From positions 364,875-428,874 of the forward strand of contig CAWCUY010000014.1 in the NCBI GenBank assembly GCA_963798895.1: a stretch of 64,000 nt of DNA, read 5' to 3'. Source of the DNA: an uncultured Trueperaceae bacterium (lineage in GTDB: Bacteria; Deinococcota; Deinococci; Deinococcales; Trueperaceae). Positions 21,331 through 31,525 of the stretch are shown piece after piece (the stretch's first letter is position 1; the number at the start of each line of letters is the position of its first letter). The position numbers were made by a program, and so were the translations under genes. The notes beneath the pieces were generated by a model that searched no databases, was not told the origin of the DNA, and saw nothing but the letters and a program-made list of their open reading frames with translations.

Positions 21331-22740
21331 TCAGCGGCTCTCCGCGAACGCGACGCTCCCGGGCGCCAGCCCCCAGTGCGCGACGACCTCGCTGCCGATC
21401 GCCCTGAACAGCGGCGCCGCGACGTACGTGCTGGTCTTGTTGAGCTTCGGCTTCTGCACGGTCACGATCATCACGACGCGCGGATGCTCGGCCGGGAACA
21501 TGCCGGCGAAGGTGAGCGCGTAGTCGCCGTCGGTGTAGCGGCCCAGCTGCCGGTCGAAGATGTCGGCGGTGCCGGTCTTGCCCGCTACGCTCATGCCGGG
21601 GATCTTCGCGTCGCGCAGGCTGCTCGCCTCGACCACGTGGATGAGCATCGAGCGCACGCTCTGGGCGATCTCCGGCGCCAGGATGCGGTGCGGGGGCGGG
21701 ACCTCCTCCGTGTCCACGAGGCGCGGCGGCACGTAGACGCCGTCGTACGCCAGCACGGTGTAGGCGGCCGCGAGCTGGAGGGGTGTGGTGCTGACGTTCT
21801 GCCCGATGGTGTTGGAGGCCTGGTCCTGGGGCACCCACTTCTGCCAGGCGTTGAGCAGGCCGGAGCGGGTGAAGGTGCTGTGGAGGTCCATCGCCTGGCC
21901 GAAGCCGTAGCGGCGGAGCCAATCGTGCAGCTCCTGCGGCGTGAAGCGCCAGCTCAGGTTGATCATGCCGGAGTTGCTGGAGTAGCGCAGGATGTCCGGG
22001 ATGTCGAGCCGTGGGTCGTGGTACGCGACGTCATGGAACGTCTTGTCGCCTACGCGGATGCTGGGGGGCGTGTCGATGACCTCGTCCGGGCGGAGCTTGC
22101 CCGTCTGCAGCAGGGCGGCCACGACGAACGGCTTCATGACGGATCCGGGCTCGTACTCCTGCACGAACGCGCGGTCGAGCATCTGCGGACGCTGCGCCGA
22201 GCGCCACGCGTTCGGGTCGAAGGTGGGGAAGCTGGCGGCGGCGAGGACCCGCCCGGTGCCGACCTCGAGGATGACGGCCGCACCGTTCTCGGCCTCGTAC
22301 TGGCGGATGGTGTTGGCGAGCTGCGTCTCGGCGGCGGCCTGCATCGTCGGGTCGATCGTCAGGTGGACGTCCTCGCCCGCCTGCAGCCGCGCGTCCATGG
22401 TGTACTCGAGCCCCTCGAGGCCGTAGCGCCCGTCGGGTTGCACCGCCCCCGTGAAGCCGAGGAGGTTCGCCGCGAGCGTGCCCTGAGGGTAGTGGCGATC
22501 CTCCACCGCCCCGTCGGCCAGGATGGTCCCGTCCGCCGCGAGGATGCGTCCGCGCACCACCTTCTCGACGGGCGGGGCGGGGAACTCGGGCGCGCCGCGC
22601 TGCTGTGCCGCGAAGCCGAAGAGGGCGGCGAGCAGCGGCAGGATCAGGAGGACCACCAGCAGGCCGCGACGCGTGAGGTGGAGTTCCTGGGGTTGGCGCT
22701 CGCGGACGGGGGAGGTCGTGGTGGGGGTCGTCAGCGCCAT
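21331..22740 (-). CDS. ftsI: Penicillin-binding protein / peptidoglycan D,D-transpeptidase (FtsI-like)
   Basis: N-terminal TM segment plus SVMKP (SxxK), SSN and KTGT motifs. Confidence 0.85.
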   Translation of the reverse strand: MALTTPTTTSPVRERQPQELHLTRRGLLVVLLILPLLAALFGFAAQQRGAPEFPAPPVEKVVRGRILAADGTILADGAVEDRHYPQGTLAANLLGFTGAVQPDGRYGLEGLEYTMDARLQAGEDVHLTIDPTMQAAAETQLANTIRQYEAENGAAVILEVGTGRVLAAASFPTFDPNAWRSAQRPQMLDRAFVQEYEPGSVMKPFVVAALLQTGKLRPDEVIDTPPSIRVGDKTFHDVAYHDPRLDIPDILRYSSNSGMINLSWRFTPQELHDWLRRYGFGQAMDLHSTFTRSGLLNAWQKWVPQDQASNTIGQNVSTTPLQLAAAYTVLAYDGVYVPPRLVDTEEVPPPHRILAPEIAQSVRSMLIHVVEASSLRDAKIPGMSVAGKTGTADIFDRQLGRYTDGDYALTFAGMFPAEHPRVVMIVTVQKPKLNKTSTYVAAPLFRAIGSEVVAHWGLAPGSVAFAESR

Positions 22741-23048
22741 AGGGTACGGATCTCCAGACCGGTGTCGGGCGTCGGCGGCGTGGGCGCGGGGGCCGGGGCG
22801 ACGATGACCAGCGTCGGCGCCTCCGGAGCGGGCACCATGTCGTGGGCCTCGGCCCAGTTGGCGACGGCCAGCGGACCGTCGACCGCGGCCGCCCGCTCGC
22901 GCAGGTCCGCGACCTGCGTGAGGAGCGCCTGCTTGGCGTCGAGGAGGTGCAGCTGTCGTTGGTAGACGCGCTGGTTGACGACGCCGGCGGCGGCCAGCAC
23001 CAGCAGGAGCACGCCGTACAGCGGTAGCGCGGCGCGCAGGCGGCGCAT
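22731..23048 (-). CDS. ftsL: Cell division protein FtsL-like (single TM helix plus coiled coil)
   Basis: About 105 aa beginning MRRLRAALPLYGVLLLVLAAAG, in the syntenic position between rsmH and ftsI; the tool ORF's N-terminal extension was rejected. Confidence 0.55.
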   Translation of the reverse strand: MRRLRAALPLYGVLLLVLAAAGVVNQRVYQRQLHLLDAKQALLTQVADLRERAAAVDGPLAVANWAEAHDMVPAPEAPTLVIVAPAPAPTPPTPDTGLEIRTLWR

Positions 23049-23932
23049 CACGTCGCGGACCTCTCGCCCGCGCGCAGCTTCGCGGCGCGGGCGCGCGGGT
23101 TGTCGTTCGTCTCGTCCTCGTCGGCCTCGAGGGGCTTCTTGGTGAGCGGTGTCATGCGCGGCGAGTCCTTCAGGAAGCGCTTGACGATGCGGTCCTCGAG
23201 CGAGTGATAGCTGAGCACCACCAGGCGGCCCCCCGGCTCCAGCAACCGTGCCGCGGCCTCCAGCCCCTCCTGGAGCGCGCCCAGCTCGTCGTTGACGTGG
23301 ATGCGCAGCGCCTGGAAGGTGCGGCGCGCGGGGTGCTGGCGGCGCGGGCCCGGCGGGTAGGCGGACGCCACCACCTCGGCCAGGCGCTCGGTCGTCGTGA
23401 TGGCCTGTCGCTCGCGCGCCTCGACGATGCGCCGGGCCACGCGGCGGCTGTAGCGTTCCTCGCCGTAGCGCCACAGCAGCGCGGCGAGCTCCTCCATGGC
23501 GTAGCCGTTGACGACGTCCGACGCGCTCTCGCCCGAGGCTTGCATGCGCATGTCGAGCGGTCCTTCGTGCCTGAACGCGAAGCCCCGCTCCGACTCGTCG
23601 AGCTGCATCGAGGAGACCCCCAGATCGAGCAGGACGCCGGCGACGCGCGGCAGATCGTGCTCGTGCGCGAGCCGTTCCATGTCGCGGAAGTTGCCGGAGG
23701 CGAAGGCGAAGCCGGCGCGGTCCGAGAGCGGGCGGGCGTACTCCAGGGCCTGGGGGTCCTGATCGATGCCGAGAACCGACGCTCCGGCGTCCAGCAGCGC
23801 GCGGCTGTGCCCCCCCGCCCCGAAGGTCCCGTCGACGATCCAGCGCCCCGGTGCGGGGCGGAGGTACTCCAGGCAGGCCGCCTGGAGGACGGGCACATGC
23901 GGCGAGCGCGGGGACGTCGGGGCCGAGCTCAT
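23048..23932 (-). CDS. rsmH: 16S rRNA (cytosine1402-N4)-methyltransferase
   Basis: MraW family (GGHS, DLGVSS motifs); start at the internal ATG (MSSAPTSP) forms a 4-nt overlap with the mraZ stop. Confidence 0.88.
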   Translation of the reverse strand: MSSAPTSPRSPHVPVLQAACLEYLRPAPGRWIVDGTFGAGGHSRALLDAGASVLGIDQDPQALEYARPLSDRAGFAFASGNFRDMERLAHEHDLPRVAGVLLDLGVSSMQLDESERGFAFRHEGPLDMRMQASGESASDVVNGYAMEELAALLWRYGEERYSRRVARRIVEARERQAITTTERLAEVVASAYPPGPRRQHPARRTFQALRIHVNDELGALQEGLEAAARLLEPGGRLVVLSYHSLEDRIVKRFLKDSPRMTPLTKKPLEADEDETNDNPRARAAKLRAGERSAT

Positions 23933-24357
23933 CCCACCAGCTCCCGCAGCAGCTCGGGGGCGGGCGGTTGGGCCTGCACGGCGGAGAGGTTGTTCAGCCA
24001 GCGCGCCTCGTTCCACACCTCGAGGCGGTTCGGCGCGCCCGCCACCACCACGTTCCCTTCGATCTCCCCGAAGGTGCGCAGCGACGCCGGGATGGTGATG
24101 CGGCCCGCCGAGTCGAGGCGTGCCTTGGAGGCACCGGAGTAGAAGAAGCGCACGAAGTTGCGCGCCTCGGGATCGGTCAGCGGGAGGCTCGTCAGGCGCC
24201 CCTCGATGCGGCTCCATGCGCTCAGCGGGAAGACGTAGAGGCACCCCTCCATGCCGCGGGTGACGACCATGCCGTCGTCCACGAAGTCACGGAAGGCCGG
24301 CGGCACGATCACCCGCCCCTTGTCGTCCACCGCGTACTGGTACTCCCCGAACGGCAT
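23929..24357 (-). CDS. mraZ: Transcriptional regulator MraZ
   Basis: 142 aa with duplicated MraZ/SpoVT-AbrB-like halves (MPFGEYQYAVDDKGRVIVP...); the tool ORF's N-terminal extension to 24771 was rejected because it would run through rnpB. Confidence 0.85.
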   Translation of the reverse strand: MPFGEYQYAVDDKGRVIVPPAFRDFVDDGMVVTRGMEGCLYVFPLSAWSRIEGRLTSLPLTDPEARNFVRFFYSGASKARLDSAGRITIPASLRTFGEIEGNVVVAGAPNRLEVWNEARWLNNLSAVQAQPPAPELLRELVG

Positions 24358-24467
24358 TGCCTCGCGCGCTCCCTCTGGGTGGTCCCGCGGTTCCTCGCGG
24401 TCTCGCGACCCCGGCCTGGACCCCGGCCCGCTGGTCGGCCCCGGATGATCGGGTCGGCCCGAGTTTA

Positions 24468-24506
24468 CCACAGATCCCCACAATCCCCCACGCCAATTCC
24501 CCACAT
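24468..24506 (-). promoter_or_regulatory. Four direct GTGGG(G) repeats with about 10-bp periodicity upstream of mraZ (MraZ-box-like), next to a TAAACT -10-like hexamer
   Basis: On the minus strand the sequence reads GTGGGGaattggcGTGGGGGattGTGGGGatctGTGGTAAACT, which resembles the E. coli MraZ operator of spaced TGGGN repeats. Confidence 0.45.
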
Positions 24507-24705
24507 TCCCATCCTCATGACGCGGTCCCCACCGCAGCCCCACCATCGACACCGTTTCGGTCCGACACGCCCACCGCCTCCCCGGAGGCGCGCGGGCCGG
24601 GGAGGCGGGCCGGGGGCGCCGGCGCGAGGGGCTGGGGCCGCCGTGTTCGGCGGGCTCGGGGGCCGCACGACGGGGGTCCTCGACGCGCGCCCGAGGGGAG
24701 GGGGC

Positions 24706-24737
24706 ACGCAAGAAGATGGGCGGCCCTCGCGGGCCGC
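24706..24737 (-). terminator. Stem-loop immediately 3' of rnpB (GGGCGGCCC-GCGA-GGGCCGCCC, followed by AUCUUCUUG)
   Basis: Perfect 9-bp GC stem with a GCGA tetraloop, followed by a moderately U-rich tract. Confidence 0.5.
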
Positions 24738-25170
<433 letters not shown>

Positions 25171-25214
25171 CCGACTCTACCACGGCACCCCGTCTCGGGG
25201 GCGGGCGCGCCACG

Positions 25215-25251
25215 CGAACGGGGAGGGGCGCCGCGCGCCCCTCCCCGTTCG
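25215..25251. terminator. Perfect 17-bp inverted repeat between the BMP gene stop and the rnpB 5' end
   Basis: Sequence CGAACGGGGAGGGGCGC-CGC-GCGCCCCTCCCCGTTCG. Confidence 0.4.
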
Positions 25252-25296
25252 CCATCGGATCGGTCGCGGCCCGCGCCGCGCCCTCACCGGTTCTCG

Positions 25297-26424
25297 CTAC
25301 TGGGTCCGGTAGTCCGTGACCTGGATCTGCCCGTCGATGATCTGCTGCTTGATCTTGTCGACCTGATCGACGAGCGACTGCGGGATGAGCGGCTTGTTGT
25401 ACTCGTCCAGCGCGTAGTCAACGCCCCCCTCGGCCAGGCCGAGGTTCTGCGTGCCCGCGGTGAAGGTGCCGTTCACGACGTCCATCGCCGCGTTGTAGGA
25501 GGCCACGTCGACCCGCTTGAGCATGCTCGTGAGGCCGTGGTTGAGCGTCGAGGGGTCGCTGTCGGTGTCGCCGCGCGGGTTCTGGTTGCTGTCGACGCCG
25601 ATGAAGAACAGCGGCTGGTCGCCCGGCTTGCACTTCGCCTTGTCGGCGGAGCTGAGCGGCACGTCCTTGATCTGGTCGGCGAGCGGCGACGCACGCAGGC
25701 TGCCCGACGGCGTGTAGCACGCCTTCTCGTTCACGAAGTCGATCACGCCGTTACCCGACGCGCCGGCGGCCGCGTAGATGATGTCGGCGCCCTGAGCCTG
25801 CTGCGCCGTGGCGAGCTCCTTCGCCTTGGCCGGGTCGTTCCAGGCGTCGGGCGTCACGCCGACGTAGTTGCTGATGATGCGGCAGTCCGCGCAGGCCCCC
25901 TTGACGCCCTCCTGGTAGCCGAGGTCGAAGGCGTGGATGAGCGGGATGTCCATGCCGCCCACGAAACCGACGACGCCCGTCTGGGTGAGCGTGCCCGCGA
26001 TGTAGCCGACCAGGTAGCTGCCCTCGTGCTCCTTGAACAGCACGCTGCGCACGTTCGGACCCTCCACGGCCGCGTCGATGAGCACGAAGCTCGTGTCGGG
26101 GTACTCCTTCGAGACCGCCGCGATGGCGTCGGCCTGCGCGAAGCCCGGTGCCACGATGAGCTCGGCACCCTGCTGCGCGATCTGGCGCTGCCCTTCCGCC
26201 GCGGTGTCGGAGCTGCCCTCGAACTCGAGCAGGTCGACCTGGTACCCCTGGTCCTGGAGTTCCTTCGTGGCACGTTGCATGCCCTCGAACGTGCCCTGGT
26301 TGAACGAGCCGTCGAACTTGCCGCCGGCGTCGTAGGTGATGCCGAAGACGAAATCCTGCGCCAGCGCGCCGGTGAGCAGCGCGGCGAGCCCGAGCGTGGC
26401 GAGCGTGATGACGAGCTTTCGCAT
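25297..26424 (-). CDS. BMP family (PnrA/Med-like) ABC transporter substrate-binding lipoprotein, probably for nucleosides
   Basis: Signal peptide plus a basic-membrane-protein family fold; start at the internal ATG (MRKLVITLATLG) preceded by AGGGAGGA. Confidence 0.8.
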   Translation of the reverse strand: MRKLVITLATLGLAALLTGALAQDFVFGITYDAGGKFDGSFNQGTFEGMQRATKELQDQGYQVDLLEFEGSSDTAAEGQRQIAQQGAELIVAPGFAQADAIAAVSKEYPDTSFVLIDAAVEGPNVRSVLFKEHEGSYLVGYIAGTLTQTGVVGFVGGMDIPLIHAFDLGYQEGVKGACADCRIISNYVGVTPDAWNDPAKAKELATAQQAQGADIIYAAAGASGNGVIDFVNEKACYTPSGSLRASPLADQIKDVPLSSADKAKCKPGDQPLFFIGVDSNQNPRGDTDSDPSTLNHGLTSMLKRVDVASYNAAMDVVNGTFTAGTQNLGLAEGGVDYALDEYNKPLIPQSLVDQVDKIKQQIIDGQIQVTDYRTQ

Positions 26425-26770
26425 GCTGGGTGGTCCTCCCTTGGTGAGCCGAGCCGGAGCGGGCGCCCCGGCGGGTCCGGACGTCACTATACCACCCGCT
26501 TCGTGCCGTCCCAGCCTACCTCCCCGCCGCTTCCTTCACCTCCCGTTCACGCGTTCGCGCCGGCCCCGGCGGCGGCGCGGGAGCGGCCGCTCCCGCCCTC
26601 CCACGAGGGCGTCGAGGTCCGCCCGCGAAGGTCGGCGCCGCCCGGCGCGCCGCGTGGGACCGGCGGGTGACGCCGGTATACTCGCCCATGCCGAAAACGT
26701 CGCCCGTTGGTGGCAACGGCCCCCGGATGGCCGACCTCGTTCCCGCGGCCACGGCCGCCGAGAGGCGCCG

Positions 26771-27910
26771 GTGAGCGGCGCGTCGACGTTCTTCGCCGGC
26801 GTGTGGCATGAGTTCGCACGCAGCCTCGGCGAGGCCGTTGGGCTGTTCGGCCGCGGCGGCGTCGCGCAGGCCGGTGCGCTGCAGGTGCTCGTGACGCGGC
26901 TGCTCGTGTCGTTGCTGTTGCTGGCGCTGTTCGCGATCCTCCACGGCCTCGCGCGGCGGGCGTTGCGGGTCGTCGGGGCTCGCATGCGGGTCCCGCGCGA
27001 CGTGCTCGCCCTGTTGCGGCGCGCGCTGCTGTATGCCGCGCTGCTCCTCGGCGCCCTGGCCGTGCTGTCGCAGTTCGGCATGGACCGCACGGTGCTGCTG
27101 CGCGTGGCGGTCGCGGCCTTCTTCGCGCTGCTGTACTACGGGGGCTGGCTGATCGCCGCCCGCGTGCTGGCGAACGCCGCGCACCGCGCCGGCATCGACC
27201 GGTCGCTCGAGCAGCTGCTGCGCAACGTCCTCGCCGTGGTCCTCGGCGCCCTCGCCGTCATCACGGTCATGGATCAGTTCTCCGTCGACGTCCTCGGCGT
27301 CATCACCGCCCTCGGCGTGGTCGGGATCGCGGTGGGCTTCGCCGCCCAGGACACCCTCTCGAACTTCATCGCGGGGATCACCCTCCTCATCGAGCGCCCC
27401 TTCCGCATCGGCGATTGGGTCGAGATCTCCGGCAAGGTCGGCCGCGTCGAGCGGATCACGCTCCGGACGACCCGCGTGATCACCCGGGACAACGTCCACA
27501 GCTCCATCCCCAACAGCATGGTGGCCTCGTCGGAGATCGCCAACCTGTCGGCCGGCGGCCCGTTGCGGCTGGCGATCCCCGTCGGCATCGCCTACAAGGA
27601 ATCGGCGGCCCGGGCACGCGAGGCGCTGCTGCCGGTGCTGAGCGCCCACCGCCTCGTGCTGCAAGACCCCCTGCACGCCCCGCGCGTGCTGGTCGAGGAG
27701 CTGGCCGATTCTTCGGTGAACCTGGTGCTCCACGCGTGGATCGCCCCGGAGACCATCGCGGCGCAACCGACCGTCAGCGCGGAGCTGCTCGAGGGGGCCA
27801 AGGACGCCCTGGACGCCGCGGGCATCGAGATCCCCTTCCCGCACCTCCAGCTCTTCCTGGAGAACTCGGAGGGGCTGGCGCCGTTCGCTCGGCGGTGGGG
27901 GGCGGGGTAG
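26771..27910 (+). CDS. Mechanosensitive ion channel, MscS family
   Basis: TM helices followed by the MscS beta-domain signature (AAQDTLSNFIAGITLLIERPFRIGDWV); start set at an in-frame GTG to avoid overlap with the divergent BMP gene, so the start is uncertain. Confidence 0.75.
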   Translation: MSGASTFFAGVWHEFARSLGEAVGLFGRGGVAQAGALQVLVTRLLVSLLLLALFAILHGLARRALRVVGARMRVPRDVLALLRRALLYAALLLGALAVLSQFGMDRTVLLRVAVAAFFALLYYGGWLIAARVLANAAHRAGIDRSLEQLLRNVLAVVLGALAVITVMDQFSVDVLGVITALGVVGIAVGFAAQDTLSNFIAGITLLIERPFRIGDWVEISGKVGRVERITLRTTRVITRDNVHSSIPNSMVASSEIANLSAGGPLRLAIPVGIAYKESAARAREALLPVLSAHRLVLQDPLHAPRVLVEELADSSVNLVLHAWIAPETIAAQPTVSAELLEGAKDALDAAGIEIPFPHLQLFLENSEGLAPFARRWGAG

Positions 27911-27988
27911 CGGGGCCGGCGCCGCACGCGCCGGGCCGGGACCGCGTAAACCGAGACCTCGGTAGCCAGGACCTCGGAAGCGGGGCCC

Positions 27989-28603
27989 TCAGAACAGGAT
28001 GCGCGTCCAGTCGAGCTCGTCGAGCGGCTGGAAGATGTCGACGTACTCCAGCAGGATGCCGGCCGACTGGTTCTTGAACATGGCGCACTCGACGTGTTTG
28101 CCGACGCGCTTGATGCCCTCGACCAGCTCGACGTAGTCCCCGTCGCCCGATACCAGCAGGGCGGCGTCGTACGCGTCCTGGTACGCCAGGGACAGCGCCT
28201 CGACGGCGAGCGCGACGTCGATCCCCTTCTCGACCAGCGAGCCGTCGTTGCGCCGGTGAAGGCGGCCGAGCCTCACGGTCACGTAGGGGATGCGCCTCAA
28301 CGACTCGAAGAAGCGCTGCTGACCGTCGCGTAGCTCCTCGTCGTAGTCGTCGGTGAGGGACGCGTTGTAGTAGTAGGTGCGGAACAGCGGCCGGTCGCGC
28401 CGCAGCTGCGCGATGAACTCGGCCATGTTGACGCGGGTGTTCTGGAGGTTCTCCCGCATGCCGTTGTAGAGGTTGCTGCCGTCGATGAAGATCGCCACGC
28501 GTTCGGACACCGGATACCCCCGGGGCGTGCTGTCGGGGCGGCGGCCGAGGTCGCCCTCCCGTCGCTCCGCTCTGCTTCGTCCCCTGGAAAAACGTGAGCT
28601 CAT
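27989..28603 (-). CDS. NYN-domain (LabA-like, PIN-fold) putative ribonuclease
   Basis: 204 aa with VAIFIDGSNLY...YYYNASL...LVSGDGDY, characteristic of the NYN/DUF88 family; the 1169-aa tool ORF is an antisense artefact upstream. Confidence 0.75.
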   Translation of the reverse strand: MSSRFSRGRSRAERREGDLGRRPDSTPRGYPVSERVAIFIDGSNLYNGMRENLQNTRVNMAEFIAQLRRDRPLFRTYYYNASLTDDYDEELRDGQQRFFESLRRIPYVTVRLGRLHRRNDGSLVEKGIDVALAVEALSLAYQDAYDAALLVSGDGDYVELVEGIKRVGKHVECAMFKNQSAGILLEYVDIFQPLDELDWTRILF

Positions 28604-28723
28604 GTCGTGTCGGCCCGGGTTGCGCCCGCCCGGGCGCGTTGTCGGATAGCCGGCGTTCAGTGTAACCAACACGTCCCCCATTGCAAAGGGCGCGGCGCCG
28701 GGGATGCGTCCGTATACTGCGGG

Positions 28724-29212
28724 ATGCAACCCAAGACCCACGTCGAGAGCTTCGACCTCGACCACACGAAGGTGCGCGCGCCCTACGTCCGCCGCGCTTC
28801 GGGCTACACCGGCGCCCGCGGGGACGTCGTCACCAAGTACGACCTGCGGCTCGTACAGCCCAACGAGGCGGAGGTCCCGACGGCGGCCCTGCACACCATC
28901 GAGCACCTCCTCGCCGGTTACCTGCGCGATCACCTCGCGGGCACCACCATCGTCGATGCCAGCCCGATGGGGTGCCGCACCGGCTTCTACCTCACCGTGC
29001 TGGGTGAGCCGGCCGAGGAGGAGGTGCGGGCGGCCTTCGAGGCCGCCCTGAGGAGCGTGACCCTGCACGACGGCGATATCCCCGGCTGCAGCCCGGAGCG
29101 CTGCGGCAACTGGCGCGATCACTCGCTGCCCGGTGCGCGCGCCTGGGCGTCGGCCGTGCTCGACCGCGGCATCGTGGTGCAGGAGACGGTGGTGCTCGAG
29201 CCCTACGCCTGA
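28724..29212 (+). CDS. luxS: S-ribosylhomocysteine lyase
   Basis: HTIEHL metal-binding motif and DASPMGCRTG; 162 aa from the internal ATG. Confidence 0.9.
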   Translation: MQPKTHVESFDLDHTKVRAPYVRRASGYTGARGDVVTKYDLRLVQPNEAEVPTAALHTIEHLLAGYLRDHLAGTTIVDASPMGCRTGFYLTVLGEPAEEEVRAAFEAALRSVTLHDGDIPGCSPERCGNWRDHSLPGARAWASAVLDRGIVVQETVVLEPYA

Positions 29213-29260
29213 GCGCGGCTCATCAAGACTCTCATGAGAGCGGGGGGCATAATACCGGCC

Positions 29261-29938
29261 ATGGAGCGCAGACCCCTCATCCTGATCGTTGAAGACGAGA
29301 AGGAGATCGCCAAGTTCATCGACCTGGAGCTCCAGGCCGAGAGCTACGACACGGTCGTCACGTTCGACGGCGTCACCGGCCTCTCCAAGTTCCGCGAGCT
29401 CAACCCGGACCTCGTGGTGCTCGACCTCATGCTGCCCGTGCTGGACGGCCTCGAGGTCGCCCGGCGCATCCGCAAGACGAGCAACACCCCGATCATCATC
29501 CTGACCGCCAAGGACTCCGTCGACGACAAGGTCACGGGTCTGGACTCGGGCGCCGACGACTACCTCGTGAAGCCGTTCAGCATCGAGGAGCTGCTGGCCC
29601 GGGTTCGAGCCCACCTGCGAAGGGTCAACCCGGCCGTGACCGGTGAGGTCCGGGTCGCCGACCTGGTCATGAACCTCGACGGCCGCGAGGTCTTCCGCGA
29701 CGGGCGCCGGATCGAGCTCTCCGCCAAGGAGTTCGAGCTGCTCGAGCTGTTCGCCCGCAACCCCGGCAAGGTGTTCAATCGCTTCGAGATCGAGGAGAAG
29801 GTGTGGCCCGAGTACACCGGCGGCAGCAACGTCGTCGACGTCTACGTCGGCTACCTGCGCCGCAAGCTCGAGCAGGAGGGGGAGCGCCGTCTCATCCACA
29901 CCGTCCGCGGCGTGGGCTACGTGCTCCGCGAGGAGTGA
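29261..29938 (+). CDS. OmpR-family response regulator
   Basis: Receiver domain (LIVEDE...[10 protein letters not shown]...TAKD) plus a winged-helix output domain. Confidence 0.9.
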   Translation: MERRPLILIVEDEKEIAKFIDLELQAESYDTVVTFDGVTGLSKFRELNPDLVVLDLMLPVLDGLEVARRIRKTSNTPIIILTAKDSVDDKVTGLDSGADDYLVKPFSIEELLARVRAHLRRVNPAVTGEVRVADLVMNLDGREVFRDGRRIELSAKEFELLELFARNPGKVFNRFEIEEKVWPEYTGGSNVVDVYVGYLRRKLEQEGERRLIHTVRGVGYVLREE

Positions 29939-29959
29939 GCGGAGCGGGCTGACCCGAGC

Positions 29960-31453
29960 ATGTCCCTGAGGCTGCGGCTGACGCTGTTCTTCAGCTTGTT
30001 CATCGCCGTCATCCTGTCGGCGGTGGCGGTGTCGGTCTACATCCTGACCGAGAGGTCGCTGACGACGACCCTCGAGGATCGCGCCAACCAGGCGCTGTCG
30101 GACCTGACGCGCGGCCTCGTCACCGTCCCCGAGGGGCTCCAGAAGCTGCCGGGGGACGCGTATTATCAAATCGTGCTGTTGGGGCCCGCGGGCCGTGTGC
30201 CCCAGACGCCGGACGACGTGCGAAACGGCATCACGTACATCCCGTCGTCCTCGCCGCGCTCGAACCCCACGTCGGACTCCCTGGTCGACCTGCTGGGCGA
30301 TCCGGCGCTCCAGCAGCTCATCGATGCGGGCCACATGTCGTCGTCGCTGACGCTCAACAACGGCGAGCAGCTGCGCGTCCTCGGTGAGCTCGGGCGGCTC
30401 GACCGGCCGGTGCAGCAGGTCAGCCTCGAGGTCGGCATGTTCATCGGCATCCCCTCGACGACGGTCGAGCGCACCCTCGATCAGCTGGCGCGCGACCTGG
30501 TGCTGACGGTGCTCCTGGCGTTCCTGGCGTTCGCGATCGGCGTGTGGGTGTTGTCGGGACAGATCCTGGCGCCGATGAAACGCGTGACGGAGGCGGCCGC
30601 GACGGTGTCCGGGCGCGACCTGTCGCAACGCGTGCCCGTGCCGCGAAGCCGCGACGAGATCCGCGAGCTCGCCGTCACGATCAACCACATGCTCGACCGC
30701 TTGCAGGAGTCCTTCGAAACGCAGCGTCGCTTCACCGCCGACGCCAGCCACGAGCTGCGCACGCCGGTGACGGCCATCCAGGGGCACGCCAACTACCTGC
30801 TGCGGCGTACGTCCCCCAGCTCGGAGCAGACCGACTCGCTGACCGTCATCAGGCGCGAGGCCGAGCGCATGGCGAAGCTGGTCAACGACCTGCTCGAGCT
30901 CGCACGCGCCGACGCGGGCTTCTCGATCCAGCGCGAGCCGATGAACCTGGTCGAGGTGCTCGAGGCGGTCCACATGGAGATCGCCCCGGTCGCCGGCGAC
31001 GCCGTCATCGAGGTCAACGCGCCCACACCGGTGCTGGAGATCCTCGGGGACGCGGGTCGGGTCAAGCAGGTCGTGCTGAACCTCGTCCAGAACGCCCTGA
31101 ACGCGGGGGCGAAGCACGTTCGCGTCACCGCCGCCAAGGAGAAGGCCGAGGTCCGGCTCGAGATCCTCGACGACGGCCCCGGCATCCCACCCGAAGCCAT
31201 CCCGCACCTCTTCGACCGCTTCTACCGCGTGGACGGGGCGCGCTCCACCCGCGGCAACGGCTCCGGGCTGGGCCTCGCCATCGTTCGCTGGATCGTGCAG
31301 CAGCACGGCGGCCGCGTCAGCGTCGAGTCGCGCCTGACCGAAGGTTCCGTCTTCACGGTGTTCCTGCCCGCCCTGAACGCGCGCTCCAGCGAGTCCGGGC
31401 TCCGCGCGGGCCACGTCGACAGCCGCGGCGTCGTCGGCAAGACCCGCGACTAG
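29960..31453 (+). CDS. Sensor histidine kinase (TM, HAMP, HisKA, HATPase)
   Basis: H-box SHELRTP and N/G1/G2 boxes are present; located 22 nt downstream of the response regulator. Confidence 0.9.
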   Translation: MSLRLRLTLFFSLFIAVILSAVAVSVYILTERSLTTTLEDRANQALSDLTRGLVTVPEGLQKLPGDAYYQIVLLGPAGRVPQTPDDVRNGITYIPSSSPRSNPTSDSLVDLLGDPALQQLIDAGHMSSSLTLNNGEQLRVLGELGRLDRPVQQVSLEVGMFIGIPSTTVERTLDQLARDLVLTVLLAFLAFAIGVWVLSGQILAPMKRVTEAAATVSGRDLSQRVPVPRSRDEIRELAVTINHMLDRLQESFETQRRFTADASHELRTPVTAIQGHANYLLRRTSPSSEQTDSLTVIRREAERMAKLVNDLLELARADAGFSIQREPMNLVEVLEAVHMEIAPVAGDAVIEVNAPTPVLEILGDAGRVKQVVLNLVQNALNAGAKHVRVTAAKEKAEVRLEILDDGPGIPPEAIPHLFDRFYRVDGARSTRGNGSGLGLAIVRWIVQQHGGRVSVESRLTEGSVFTVFLPALNARSSESGLRAGHVDSRGVVGKTRD

Positions 31454-31525
31454 CGCGGCCTCGGCGGGACGCGCGACCGTGGGCGCGGTACGGCCCACCG
31501 TCTACACTGGGCGCCGGAGGTAGGT

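Noticed and set aside
27989-31498. 1169-aa minus-strand ORF
   Set aside because: It runs antisense to the response regulator, histidine kinase and luxS genes and is Arg/Gly/Pro-rich with low complexity. Only its last 204 codons, the NYN protein, are real; the rest is a GC-rich antisense artefact.
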